Shown: positions 15,160-24,735 of the stretch, piece by piece
Numbering within the stretch: position 1 is the first letter of the stretch
Layout of the letters: the number at the start of each line of letters is the position of its first letter
Assembly: GCF_051903065.1 (NCBI RefSeq)
Contig: NZ_CP178438.1
Strand: one strand, 5' to 3'
Source of the DNA: Escherichia coli
Lineage (GTDB): Bacteria > Pseudomonadota > Gammaproteobacteria > Enterobacterales > Enterobacteriaceae
Length of the DNA stretch: 64,000 nt
Translations under genes and position numbers: made by a program
The notes under the pieces: generated by a model
What the model saw: only the letters and a program-made list of their open reading frames with translations
Told to the model about the DNA's origin: nothing
Databases searched by the model: none

Positions 15160-16869
15160 TTATTTCAGCGGCGAGTTTTTACGCTCAATGCTGTAACGCT
15201 CGAGTTCTTTGTACGGCACCACTTTGCTCTTCTTCTTACGCACATCGACCACGGTCATGCGGTCGGTACAGGAGTAGCAAGGGTCGAGGCTACCGATAAT
15301 CAGCGGCGCATCGGAAACGGTATTGCCACGCAGCATGTAGCGCAGGGTCGGCCAGTTCGCGTAAGTCGCGGCACGGCAGCGCCAGCGGTACAGCTTCTGG
15401 TTGTCGCCGGTCATGCTCCAGTGGATATCATCGCCGCGCGGCGCTTCGGCAAAGCCCAGCGCAAAGCGGTGCGGAATGTAGGTAAAGCCTTCCACCATCA
15501 GTGGGCCACCCGGCAGGTTATCCAGACCGTAGTCGATCATGTTCAGCGCGGTATAGACTTCGTTGATACGCACTTTCAGACGGGAAATAACGTCGCAGCC
15601 CTGCTCGCTGTGGACTTCCATTGGCAGCAGGCCATAACCAACAAACGGGTGATCGGCGCGAGTATCGCGAGCGTGACCGCTGGCACGGACCATCGGGCCG
15701 ACGTTACTGAAGTCGCGAGCGATTTCCGGGTCCAGACGACCAATGCCGACAGTGCGTTGTTCCATGTTCGGTGTGCTCAACAGCACATCCACCAGCTCCT
15801 GCACTTCACGACGCATCTGTTGCGCCAGTTGGCGGGTCTGGATCATGTCATCTTTCAGCAGATCGCGACGAATCCCGCCGATCAGGTTCAGGCCGTAGGT
15901 TTTACGCGCACCGGTAAGGATCTCTGCCATTTTCATGGAGGTTTCACGCACGCGGAAGAACTGCATAAAGCCGGAGTCAAAGCCGGTAAAGTGGCAGGCA
16001 AGACCGAGGTTGAGCAGATGCGAGTGCAGGCGTTCCACCTCCAGCAGAATGGCGCGGATCATCTGCGCACGTTCTGGCACCTGAATACCCATCGCGTTTT
16101 CCACCGACGTGGTGTAGGCGGTGCTGTGAGCAAAGCCGCAGATCCCGCACACACGGTCAGAGAGGAAGGTCACTTCGTTGTAACCCATGCGGGTTTCCGC
16201 CAGTTTTTCCATGCCGCGATGGACGTAGAACAGACGGTAGTCGGCGTCGATAATGTTTTCGCCATCGACGAACAGACGGAAGTGACCCGGTTCGTCGGAA
16301 GTGACGTGCAACGGACCAATCGGCACGACGTTGTTTTTCTTGTCGCCCAGTTCGTTGATGAACTCGTAGGTTTCAGCATCAGTAGTTGGTGCCGGACGCT
16401 GACGGTAATCCATGCTGTCTTTACGCAGCGGATAAAGTTCATCCGGCCAGTCATCCGGCAGCACCAGACGACGTTCATCCGGCAGACCAACCGGAATCAA
16501 ACCGTACATATCGCGCACTTCGCGCTCGCCCCACACCGCCGCCGGAACGCGCGGCGTCACGGACGGATACTCCGGTTTGTTGGCATCAACTTCGACGCGC
16601 ACCGTAATCCAGCACTTGGTACCCTTCTCCATCGACAGCACGTAATAAACGGCGTAATGACCATTCAGTTTGCGTTCGTCGTTACCAAAAAGCACCGACA
16701 GCCAGCCCCCCTGCTTGTAGTAGAGAAACTCCACCACTTCCGGCAGATAGTTCACCTTTACGGTAACAGTCAGCTGATCTTTGGTCTGCCAGGCGTGGTC
16801 CAGCACGACGCCCGGAAATGCCTCATTCAGCGCGGCGAGATAATGTTGACCTAATTTTTCTTCAGACAT
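15160..16869 (-). CDS. hycE: Hydrogenase 3 [NiFe] large subunit HycE
   Basis: ORF 15160..16890; start at MSEEKLGQHYLAALNEAF (ATG 16869, 569 aa); N-terminal RVCGICG and C-terminal DPCYSCTDR Ni-binding motifs. Confidence 0.93.
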   Translation of the reverse strand: MSEEKLGQHYLAALNEAFPGVVLDHAWQTKDQLTVTVKVNYLPEVVEFLYYKQGGWLSVLFGNDERKLNGHYAVYYVLSMEKGTKCWITVRVEVDANKPEYPSVTPRVPAAVWGEREVRDMYGLIPVGLPDERRLVLPDDWPDELYPLRKDSMDYRQRPAPTTDAETYEFINELGDKKNNVVPIGPLHVTSDEPGHFRLFVDGENIIDADYRLFYVHRGMEKLAETRMGYNEVTFLSDRVCGICGFAHSTAYTTSVENAMGIQVPERAQMIRAILLEVERLHSHLLNLGLACHFTGFDSGFMQFFRVRETSMKMAEILTGARKTYGLNLIGGIRRDLLKDDMIQTRQLAQQMRREVQELVDVLLSTPNMEQRTVGIGRLDPEIARDFSNVGPMVRASGHARDTRADHPFVGYGLLPMEVHSEQGCDVISRLKVRINEVYTALNMIDYGLDNLPGGPLMVEGFTYIPHRFALGFAEAPRGDDIHWSMTGDNQKLYRWRCRAATYANWPTLRYMLRGNTVSDAPLIIGSLDPCYSCTDRMTVVDVRKKKSKVVPYKELERYSIERKNSPLK

Positions 16870-16886
16870 GCTCAAACTCTCTTTAA

Positions 16887-17810
16887 TCACGCCGCCAGCA
16901 AGGAGACGAACGCTAAAAATGCAAAGCCAAACCCAGCCCAGGTAATGCGCGGAGTAATATCAAGACGCAGACGGGCCATGCTGTTTTCGAACAGCGCGAT
17001 AACCAGGACGCCGACGACCAGTTTGACGATGGCAATCACCAGCGCCAGCAGCAGCCCACCGACGGTGAAGGTTTCCATTTGTCCCCACGGAATAAACACC
17101 CCGACGAACATCTGCAGCACCACCAGCTGTTTCAGGCTGATACCCCATTTCATGACGCCAAAGCCGCTGCCGCTATACTCAGAGAGCGGACCTTCCTGCA
17201 ACTCCTGCTCGGCTTCCGCCAGGTCGAACGGCAGTTTGCCCATTTCGATAAAAGTGGCGAACGCACAGGCACAAAGCGCCAGCACCAGCGGGATGCTCTG
17301 GCTCAGCGGCCAGTGATAAACGGTGTCGGTGATGTTGCTGATGTTGGTGGAACCGGCAACCTGTGCGGCAACCCACAGACCAAGCAGCAGCATCGGTTCG
17401 ACCAGCACGCCAAGCATCGCTTCACGGCTCGCGCCGATAGCGGTAAACGGGCTACCGGTATCCAGACCAGAAATGGCAAAGAAGAAACGCGCGATGGCAA
17501 AGAGATACAGTAAGGTGATCAAATCACCCAGTTGCGGCAGCGGAGAACCGACGGTCACCACCGGCAGCGCAGTAGCGATAGTCAGCATGACGCCCACCAT
17601 CACATACGGCGTCAGGCGGAACACCCAGCCGGAGGCATCCGGGCCAACGCTCTGGCGGCCCAGCAGTTTGAAAATGTCACGATACTCCTGCAACACACCC
17701 GGCCCACGACGGTTATGCAGACGGGCGCGCGCCACGCGGGTAATACCGGAGAGCAGCGGCGCAACGGCAAATAACACCAGCGCCTGAATTAACGGATATA
17801 AAACACTCAT
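16887..17810 (-). CDS. hycD: Formate hydrogenlyase membrane subunit HycD (NuoH-like)
   Basis: 307 aa, polytopic membrane protein. Confidence 0.92.
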   Translation of the reverse strand: MSVLYPLIQALVLFAVAPLLSGITRVARARLHNRRGPGVLQEYRDIFKLLGRQSVGPDASGWVFRLTPYVMVGVMLTIATALPVVTVGSPLPQLGDLITLLYLFAIARFFFAISGLDTGSPFTAIGASREAMLGVLVEPMLLLGLWVAAQVAGSTNISNITDTVYHWPLSQSIPLVLALCACAFATFIEMGKLPFDLAEAEQELQEGPLSEYSGSGFGVMKWGISLKQLVVLQMFVGVFIPWGQMETFTVGGLLLALVIAIVKLVVGVLVIALFENSMARLRLDITPRITWAGFGFAFLAFVSLLAA

Positions 17811-17812
17811 TC

Positions 17813-19639
17813 TCAGGCTCCTCGTGAAACAATAATCACCACCAGTACCGCCAGTTCAACCAGCGCCATCCGGCGGAACAGCAACGCACTCCCCTCGCAC
17901 TGCCAGCCCGGCACCAGAGACACCGGATTCAGCCATTTGCGTAGTTTCAGCACCGGCGCAAACGCCTGTTTCACCGGCATGGCAAAACCGTGAGCGGTAA
18001 TCACCATTGATTTTTCGTGGTCGTAGCCGCACACCCAGGCCGCGCCGCGGGAACGCGATGGCAAACGATCGCCTTTGCAAATCGCCATAATGATGAATGG
18101 CAGCAGCGGGCAGGCAATCAGCAGCAACGTGATCATCGGTTGAGAAACGGTGGTGTTAGCAGGCTCCAGCGGCAGAGGTACAGCAGCAGACAGCATCGGC
18201 AGCAGCCACGGCGCAGCAACACCGCCAATTACGCAGCAAATCGCCAGTGCCACTACGCTTACGCTCATCAGGAGCGGCGCACAGGTGGCGTTTTCGGCTT
18301 CTTTGGTACGCGGCGCGCCGAGGAACGTGACGCCATAGACTTTCGCCATACACATCACCGCCAGCGCACCGGTAATTGCCAGACCCACAGCGAGCAGCGG
18401 CCCCAGCAGACGGGCAATAAACGCGCCACTATTGCTCAGTTTGAAGAAGGATTGATAGATAACCCATTCCCCGGCAAAACCGTTCAGCGGCGGCAGTGCA
18501 GCCATTGCCATCAGCCCGACTAACATAGCGATGGAGATAACCGGCATTTTCTTGCCAATACCACCGAGTTTTTCGATATCGCGATGACCGGTACGGAACC
18601 AGACGCTCCCCGCCCCGAGGAACAGTACGCTTTTGAACAGGCTATGGTTAAGCAGATGGTACAGACCACCGACCAGGCCAAGAGCAATCAGCGCCGGTTG
18701 TTCGAGCGCGATACCCGTTACGCCAGCGCCCAGCCCCAGCAGGATAATGCCGATATTTTCCAGGGTGTGGTAAGCCAGTAGACGCTGGATGTTATGCTCC
18801 ATCAGCGCATACAGACCACCGACGAACGCGGTGATCATACCGAGCACCAGCAGCGCGATCCCCCACCACAGCGGTGCATTACCGCCCAGCAGTGACAGGG
18901 TTAAAATGCCCAGCAGGCCAATTTTCATGACTACCGTAGAAAACAACGCGGCAGCTGGCGCAGAGGCGTTCGCATGTGCCTGCGGCACCCAGCCGTGCAG
19001 CGGAATAATCCCGGCCAGCAGGCCAAAGCCAATCACACCGAGCAGCCAGATATCGGAACCGAGCGGCAGCTGTTGCATACGCATATCCAGCAGGCGCAGA
19101 TCCAGCGTGCCGTAACGCTGCCACAGCAGCCAGCAAGCAATCGCCAGCAGCAGAGTGCCAAGACGCCCCAGCGCAAACCACAGTTTGCCCTCTTTGCTGT
19201 TGTTGGTGAGGAACACCGCACACAAGGCCATGACTTCAGCCATTACCACGAACATGCCGAGGTTGCTGGCGATGACGGCGCAGACGGCGGCAGCCATCAA
19301 CATATTGATCTGCAAGCCGTTGCACTTCACCTGCGCGTGGCGATGCCAGTCAATGTTGTAGAGGCTGACAAACAGACCGCACAGACCGAGCGTAATCAGC
19401 CAAATCGCGTTAAGCGGAGAGATTTGCACATCGTAGCTTACCAGCGACAGCGCACCGCTCACGCCAACCGCGCCAGTCAGTACAGTGAAGCCCGCGGCTG
19501 CCGTATACAGACTACCAACAACGCCGCCAATTCCGGCTATCCAGCCGCTTAGCGCCTTTTGAAAAGAAAAGAGAAATGCCAGAACAGCGGCGGCGACAAA
19601 CCACGCCACGCCGCTATTGATCAGGGAAATTGCGCTCAT
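17813..19639 (-). CDS. hycC: Formate hydrogenlyase membrane subunit HycC (NuoL/antiporter-like)
   Basis: 608 aa, polytopic membrane protein. Confidence 0.92.
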   Translation of the reverse strand: MSAISLINSGVAWFVAAAVLAFLFSFQKALSGWIAGIGGVVGSLYTAAAGFTVLTGAVGVSGALSLVSYDVQISPLNAIWLITLGLCGLFVSLYNIDWHRHAQVKCNGLQINMLMAAAVCAVIASNLGMFVVMAEVMALCAVFLTNNSKEGKLWFALGRLGTLLLAIACWLLWQRYGTLDLRLLDMRMQQLPLGSDIWLLGVIGFGLLAGIIPLHGWVPQAHANASAPAAALFSTVVMKIGLLGILTLSLLGGNAPLWWGIALLVLGMITAFVGGLYALMEHNIQRLLAYHTLENIGIILLGLGAGVTGIALEQPALIALGLVGGLYHLLNHSLFKSVLFLGAGSVWFRTGHRDIEKLGGIGKKMPVISIAMLVGLMAMAALPPLNGFAGEWVIYQSFFKLSNSGAFIARLLGPLLAVGLAITGALAVMCMAKVYGVTFLGAPRTKEAENATCAPLLMSVSVVALAICCVIGGVAAPWLLPMLSAAVPLPLEPANTTVSQPMITLLLIACPLLPFIIMAICKGDRLPSRSRGAAWVCGYDHEKSMVITAHGFAMPVKQAFAPVLKLRKWLNPVSLVPGWQCEGSALLFRRMALVELAVLVVIIVSRGA

Positions 19640-20247
19640 TTAACCTCTCCACTTTGAGCCTGCTGAAACAAGGTGAGATCGCCAAAGTCCGTGTTAAAGG
19701 TCAGCTCACGCTTACGTTTGCTGACGCGGGCGATATCGGTGTTATCCACCAGATGCAGGGCTTTAGTCGGGCACATCCGCACGCAGGCCGGACCTTGTTC
19801 ATCAAAGCTACAAAGGTCACATTTGACGGCGATCGCGCGAATACCTGGCACCCAGTCAAGCAATGTGCTGACACGCGCCGGAGCAGGCGGTGCCGGTGGC
19901 GCTTTCGGGGTATTGGCGTTTGCCGGAATATCCAGCGGACGGCTGCCGGAAAATTCAATTGCGCCAAACGGGCAGGCGATGCCGCACAGTTTGCAGCTTA
20001 CGCACAGGCTTTCATTCAACTGCACGGCCCCATCAACGCGGGTGATGGCGTTAACCGGGCAGACCACCGCGCAGGGTGCATCTTCACAGTGGTGACAGAG
20101 CTGCGGCGCAGATTCTTTTTCATTTAGCATCACTCTCAGGCGCGGCATTGATTGCAGGCCGTGCTGGCGATGCGTCTCTGAACAGGCGGCCTCACAAGTG
20201 TGGCAGCCGATACAGAGCGTGGAGTCAGCAATTACAAAACGATTCAC
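19636..20247 (-). CDS. hycB: Formate hydrogenlyase iron-sulfur subunit HycB
   Basis: 203 aa; four ferredoxin-type Cys clusters. Confidence 0.92.
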   Translation of the reverse strand: MNRFVIADSTLCIGCHTCEAACSETHRQHGLQSMPRLRVMLNEKESAPQLCHHCEDAPCAVVCPVNAITRVDGAVQLNESLCVSCKLCGIACPFGAIEFSGSRPLDIPANANTPKAPPAPPAPARVSTLLDWVPGIRAIAVKCDLCSFDEQGPACVRMCPTKALHLVDNTDIARVSKRKRELTFNTDFGDLTLFQQAQSGEVK

Positions 20248-20371
20248 CAGGCATTCCTCAGGTGATTGTCATTTTTGACGAAAACATGCCGATGAAATGT
20301 CATTTTCGACACTCATCGACACGCCCATCCCCAAACAGGCGTAACGCCTGCAAAACGGGCAAAGCCTCAGC

Positions 20372-20833
20372 TCATGCTGCCGGGCTTTGTCCCTTTACCA
20401 GTTGGCTTAAATTCACCGGCACATTGTTTTCAATAGCGGTGTATAAGCTGTCGTAAACGCCAGCGATTTTTTCGAGATAGTGTTCCAGAACCTGTTCGCG
20501 ATCGCGGATGTTGACCTTGCCATCAATCATGCCGTCAATGCTCAGTTGTGCCTGCGCAATCCGCTGTTTGTCTTCGCCATCTTTTGTTTCGACGTAATAC
20601 TCGATGGTGTGGCTGTTAAAGCCATCCGCCAGGGTGACGTAAATACGAAAATGTTCAAAAAGGACGAAACAGAGTTCTTTGTCCGGCGCGCAGCTCATGG
20701 CGTGATGCAGGCGAGCTTTCGATAACGTGATCCCCTGAACCAGCGAATTGCAGTAGATGTGCCACTGGTCCTGTAGGCGACGATGCCGCTGTGCGATGTA
20801 ATCGGCTTTCTCGCTTATTTCCCAAATAGTCAT
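20372..20833 (-). CDS. hycA: Formate hydrogenlyase regulatory protein HycA
   Basis: 153 aa; first gene of hyc operon, divergent from hypA. Confidence 0.9.
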   Translation of the reverse strand: MTIWEISEKADYIAQRHRRLQDQWHIYCNSLVQGITLSKARLHHAMSCAPDKELCFVLFEHFRIYVTLADGFNSHTIEYYVETKDGEDKQRIAQAQLSIDGMIDGKVNIRDREQVLEHYLEKIAGVYDSLYTAIENNVPVNLSQLVKGQSPAA

Positions 20834-20870
20834 TGTCAGGTTACCCGTTTAACAGAGATGCCAGCTTTAA

Positions 20871-20886
20871 GCATTTTTTGTGCCAA
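20871..20886 (-). promoter_or_regulatory. Candidate sigma54 promoter of the hyc operon
   Basis: Minus strand reads TTGGCAC-AAAAA-ATGC with GG-N10-GC spacing, about 35 nt upstream of hycA ATG. Confidence 0.5.
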
Positions 20887-20940
20887 CTTTTAATTTATTG
20901 TTATTAAAGCGATTTTTAAGATTTTGGTGAATTTCGTCGC

Positions 20941-20975
20941 CGTGTCGACGTGTCATTTCGACATCATCGACATTA
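20941..20975. promoter_or_regulatory. Cluster of TCGAC(A) motifs, candidate FhlA enhancer between hycA and hypA
   Basis: GTCGAC (20944-20949), TTCGACA (20957-20963), TCGACA (20967-20972) lying between the two divergent sigma54 promoters; assignment to FhlA is inference. Confidence 0.3.
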
Positions 20976-20998
20976 TTCACTGCAGGGATAATCAACAC

Positions 20999-21013
20999 TG
21001 GCACAATTATTGC
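20999..21013 (+). promoter_or_regulatory. Candidate sigma54 promoter of the hyp operon
   Basis: TGGCAC-AATTA-TTGC, 32 nt upstream of hypA ATG. Confidence 0.55.
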
Positions 21014-21044
21014 CTGTAGCTGGCAATAGTTAATGGGAGGCGAT

Positions 21045-21395
21045 ATGCACGAAATAACCCTCTGCCAACGGGCACTGGAATTGATCGAACAGCAGGCCGC
21101 AAAACACGGCGCAAAACGCGTAACTGGGGTCTGGCTCAAAATTGGCGCATTTTCTTGTGTCGAAACCAGCTCTCTTGCCTTTTGTTTTGATCTGGTTTGC
21201 CGCGGCAGCGTGGCGGAAGGTTGTAAACTGCACCTCGAAGAACAAGAGGCCGAATGCTGGTGTGAAACATGCCAACAGTATGTGACGCTACTGACCCAGC
21301 GCGTCCGCCGCTGTCCACAGTGTCATGGTGACATGCTACAGATTGTGGCAGACGACGGTTTACAGATTCGGCGGATAGAAATAGACCAGGAGTGA
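21045..21395 (+). CDS. hypA: Hydrogenase nickel incorporation protein HypA
   Basis: ORF 21033..21395; start at MHEITLCQRA with GGGAGG RBS; zinc motifs CWCETC and CPQC. Confidence 0.92.
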   Translation: MHEITLCQRALELIEQQAAKHGAKRVTGVWLKIGAFSCVETSSLAFCFDLVCRGSVAEGCKLHLEEQEAECWCETCQQYVTLLTQRVRRCPQCHGDMLQIVADDGLQIRRIEIDQE

Positions 21396-21398
21396 GCG

Positions 21399-22271
21399 AT
21401 GTGTACAACATGCGGTTGCGGTGAAGGCAACCTGTATATCGAGGGTGATGAACATAACCCTCATTCCGCGTTTCGTAGCGCGCCATTTGCCCCGGCGGCA
21501 CGCCCGAAGATGAAAATCACCGGCATTAAAGCGCCTGAATTTACCCCCAGCCAGACTGAAGAAGGCGACCTGCATTACGGTCATGGCGAAGCGGGCACTC
21601 ACGCACCGGGCATGAGCCAGCGCCGGATGCTGGAAGTCGAAATTGACGTGCTGGACAAAAACAACCGTCTGGCTGAACGCAACCGCGCGCGCTTTGCTGC
21701 CCGCAAGCAACTGGTGCTCAACCTGGTTTCCAGCCCTGGTTCCGGTAAAACCACCCTGCTGACGGAAACCTTAATGCGCCTGAAAGACAGCGTTCCGTGC
21801 GCGGTTATTGAAGGCGATCAGCAAACCGTGAACGATGCCGCACGCATTCGCGCTACCGGCACACCAGCGATTCAGGTGAATACCGGTAAAGGCTGCCATC
21901 TTGACGCACAGATGATTGCTGACGCCGCACCGCGCCTGCCACTGGACGATAACGGTATTCTGTTTATCGAAAACGTTGGCAACCTCGTATGCCCGGCCAG
22001 CTTCGATCTCGGTGAAAAACACAAAGTGGCGGTGCTTTCCGTTACCGAAGGTGAAGACAAACCGCTGAAATATCCGCATATGTTTGCCGCCGCCTCGCTG
22101 ATGCTGCTCAACAAAGTTGACCTGTTGCCGTATCTCAACTTTGACGTTGAGAAGTGCATCGCCTGCGCCCGCGAAGTCAATCCAGAAATTGAAATCATCC
22201 TTATTTCCGCCACCAGCGGCGAAGGGATGGACCAGTGGCTGAACTGGCTGGAGACACAGCGATGTGCATAG
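21399..22271 (+). CDS. hypB: Hydrogenase nickel-binding GTPase HypB
   Basis: 290 aa; N-terminal [10 protein letters not shown] metal-binding motif and GSPGSGKT P-loop. Confidence 0.93.
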   Translation: MCTTCGCGEGNLYIEGDEHNPHSAFRSAPFAPAARPKMKITGIKAPEFTPSQTEEGDLHYGHGEAGTHAPGMSQRRMLEVEIDVLDKNNRLAERNRARFAARKQLVLNLVSSPGSGKTTLLTETLMRLKDSVPCAVIEGDQQTVNDAARIRATGTPAIQVNTGKGCHLDAQMIADAAPRLPLDDNGILFIENVGNLVCPASFDLGEKHKVAVLSVTEGEDKPLKYPHMFAAASLMLLNKVDLLPYLNFDVEKCIACAREVNPEIEIILISATSGEGMDQWLNWLETQRCA

Positions 22272-22534
22272 GCGTTCCCGGCCAGATCCGCACCATTGAC
22301 GGCAACCAGGCGAAAGTCGACGTCTGCGGCATTCAGCGCGATGTCGATTTAACGTTAGTCGGCAGCTGCGATGAAAACGGTCAGCCGCGCGTGGGCCAGT
22401 GGGTACTGGTACACGTTGGCTTTGCCATGAGCGTAATTAATGAAGCCGAAGCACGCGACACTCTCGACGCCTTACAAAACATGTTTGACGTTGAGCCGGA
22501 TGTCGGCGCGCTGTTGTATGGCGAGGAAAAATAA
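22262..22534 (+). CDS. hypC: Hydrogenase maturation chaperone HypC
   Basis: ORF 22235..22534; start at MCIGVPGQI (90 aa), overlapping hypB stop. Confidence 0.9.
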   Translation: MCIGVPGQIRTIDGNQAKVDVCGIQRDVDLTLVGSCDENGQPRVGQWVLVHVGFAMSVINEAEARDTLDALQNMFDVEPDVGALLYGEEK

Positions 22535-23655
22535 TGCGTTTTGTTGATGAATATCGCGCGCCGGAACAGGTGATGCAGTTAATTGAGCATCTGCGCGAAC
22601 GTGCTTCACATCTCTCTTACACCGCCGAACGCCCTCTGCGGATTATGGAAGTGTGCGGTGGTCATACCCACGCCATTTTTAAATTCGGCCTCGACCAGTT
22701 ACTGCCTGAAAACGTTGAGTTTATCCACGGTCCGGGTTGCCCGGTGTGCGTACTGCCGATGGGCAGAATCGACACCTGCGTGGAGATTGCCAGCCATCCG
22801 GAAGTCATCTTCTGTACCTTTGGCGACGCCATGCGCGTGCCGGGGAAACAGGGATCGCTGTTGCAGGCAAAAGCACGCGGTGCCGATGTGCGCATCGTCT
22901 ATTCGCCGATGGATGCGTTGAAACTGGCGCAGGAGAATCCAACCCGCAAAGTGGTGTTCTTCGGCTTAGGTTTTGAAACCACCATGCCGACCACCGCCAT
23001 CACTCTGCAACAGGCGAAAGCGCGTGATGTGCAGAATTTTTACTTCTTCTGCCAGCACATTACGCTTATCCCGACGCTTCGCAGTTTGCTGGAACAGCCG
23101 GATAACGGTATCGACGCGTTCCTCGCGCCGGGCCACGTTAGTATGGTTATCGGCACTGATGCCTATAATTTTATCGCCAGCGATTTTCAGCGTCCGCTGG
23201 TGGTCGCTGGTTTCGAACCCCTTGATCTACTGCAAGGCGTGGTGATGCTGGTGGAGCAGAAAATAGCGGCCCACAGCAAGGTAGAGAATCAGTATCGTCG
23301 GGTGGTACCGGATGCCGGTAACCTGTTGGCGCAACAGGCGATTGCCGATGTGTTCTGTGTCAACGGCGACAGCGAATGGCGCGGCTTAGGCGTGATTGAA
23401 TCTTCTGGCGTGCACCTGACGCCGGATTATCAACGATTCGATGCCGAAGCACATTTCCGCCCGGCACCGCAGCAGGTCTGCGATGACCCGCGCGCGCGTT
23501 GTGGCGAAGTCTTGACGGGCAAATGTAAGCCGCATCAATGCCCGCTGTTTGGTAACACCTGTAATCCTCAAACCGCGTTTGGTGCGCTGATGGTTTCCTC
23601 CGAAGGAGCGTGCGCCGCGTGGTATCAGTATCGTCAGCAGGAGAGTGAAGCGTGA
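22534..23655 (+). CDS. hypD: Hydrogenase maturation Fe-S protein HypD
   Basis: 373 aa; conserved CGGHTH and GPGCPVC motifs. Confidence 0.93.
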   Translation: MRFVDEYRAPEQVMQLIEHLRERASHLSYTAERPLRIMEVCGGHTHAIFKFGLDQLLPENVEFIHGPGCPVCVLPMGRIDTCVEIASHPEVIFCTFGDAMRVPGKQGSLLQAKARGADVRIVYSPMDALKLAQENPTRKVVFFGLGFETTMPTTAITLQQAKARDVQNFYFFCQHITLIPTLRSLLEQPDNGIDAFLAPGHVSMVIGTDAYNFIASDFQRPLVVAGFEPLDLLQGVVMLVEQKIAAHSKVENQYRRVVPDAGNLLAQQAIADVFCVNGDSEWRGLGVIESSGVHLTPDYQRFDAEAHFRPAPQQVCDDPRARCGEVLTGKCKPHQCPLFGNTCNPQTAFGALMVSSEGACAAWYQYRQQESEA

Positions 23656-24662
23656 ATAATATCCAACTCGCCCACGGTAGCGGCGGCCAGGCGATGCAGC
23701 AATTAATCAACAGCCTGTTTATGGAAGCCTTTGCCAACCCGTGGCTGGCAGAGCAGGAAGATCAGGCACGTCTTGATCTGGCGCAGCTGGTAGCGGAAGG
23801 CGACCGTCTGGCGTTCTCCACCGACAGTTACGTTATTGACCCGCTGTTCTTCCCTGGCGGTAATATCGGCAAGCTGGCGATTTGCGGCACCGCCAATGAC
23901 GTTGCGGTCAGTGGCGCTATTCCGCGCTATCTCTCCTGTGGCTTTATCCTCGAAGAAGGATTGCCGATGGAGACACTGAAAGCCGTAGTGACCAGCATGG
24001 CAGAAACCGCCCGCACGGCAGGCATTGCCATCGTTACTGGCGATACTAAAGTGGTGCAGCGCGGCGCGGCAGATAAACTGTTTATCAACACCGCGGGCAT
24101 GGGCGCAATTCCGGCGAATATTCACTGGGGCGCACAGACGCTAACCGCAGGCGATGTATTGCTGGTTAGCGGTACACTCGGCGACCACGGGGCGACTATC
24201 CTTAACCTGCGTGAGCAGCTGGGGCTGGATGGCGAACTGGTCAGCGACTGCGCGGTGCTGACGCCGCTTATTCAGACGCTGCGTGACATTCCCGGCGTGA
24301 AAGCGCTGCGTGATGCCACCCGTGGTGGTGTAAACGCGGTGGTTCATGAGTTCGCGGCAGCCTGCGGTTGCGGTATTGAAATTTCTGAATCAGCGCTGCC
24401 GGTTAAACCTGCCGTGCGCGGCGTTTGCGAATTGCTGGGACTGGACGCCCTGAACTTTGCCAACGAAGGCAAACTGGTGATCGCCGTTGAACGCAACGCG
24501 GCAGAGCAAGTGCTGGCAGCGTTACATTCCCATCCACTGGGGAAAGACGCGGCGCTGATTGGTGAAGTGGTGGAACGTAAAGGTGTTCGTCTTGCCGGTC
24601 TGTATGGCGTGAAACGAACCCTCGATTTACCACACGCCGAACCGCTTCCGCGTATATGCTAA
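23652..24662 (+). CDS. hypE: Hydrogenase maturation carbamoyl dehydratase HypE
   Basis: 336 aa; PurM-like fold; C-terminal ...PRIC. Confidence 0.93.
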   Translation: MNNIQLAHGSGGQAMQQLINSLFMEAFANPWLAEQEDQARLDLAQLVAEGDRLAFSTDSYVIDPLFFPGGNIGKLAICGTANDVAVSGAIPRYLSCGFILEEGLPMETLKAVVTSMAETARTAGIAIVTGDTKVVQRGAADKLFINTAGMGAIPANIHWGAQTLTAGDVLLVSGTLGDHGATILNLREQLGLDGELVSDCAVLTPLIQTLRDIPGVKALRDATRGGVNAVVHEFAAACGCGIEISESALPVKPAVRGVCELLGLDALNFANEGKLVIAVERNAAEQVLAALHSHPLGKDAALIGEVVERKGVRLAGLYGVKRTLDLPHAEPLPRIC

Positions 24663-24735
24663 TAAAATTCTAAATCTCCTATAGTTAGTCAATGACCTTT
24701 TGCACCGCTTTGCGGTGCTTTCCTGGAAGAACAAA

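Noticed and set aside
15421-16854. Long + strand ORF (477 aa) and several other antisense ORFs inside hycE, hycC, hypF, cysN and cas genes
   Set aside because: They lie entirely within well-supported genes on the opposite strand, have no recognisable domains and arise from codon-bias shadow in GC-rich coding sequence.
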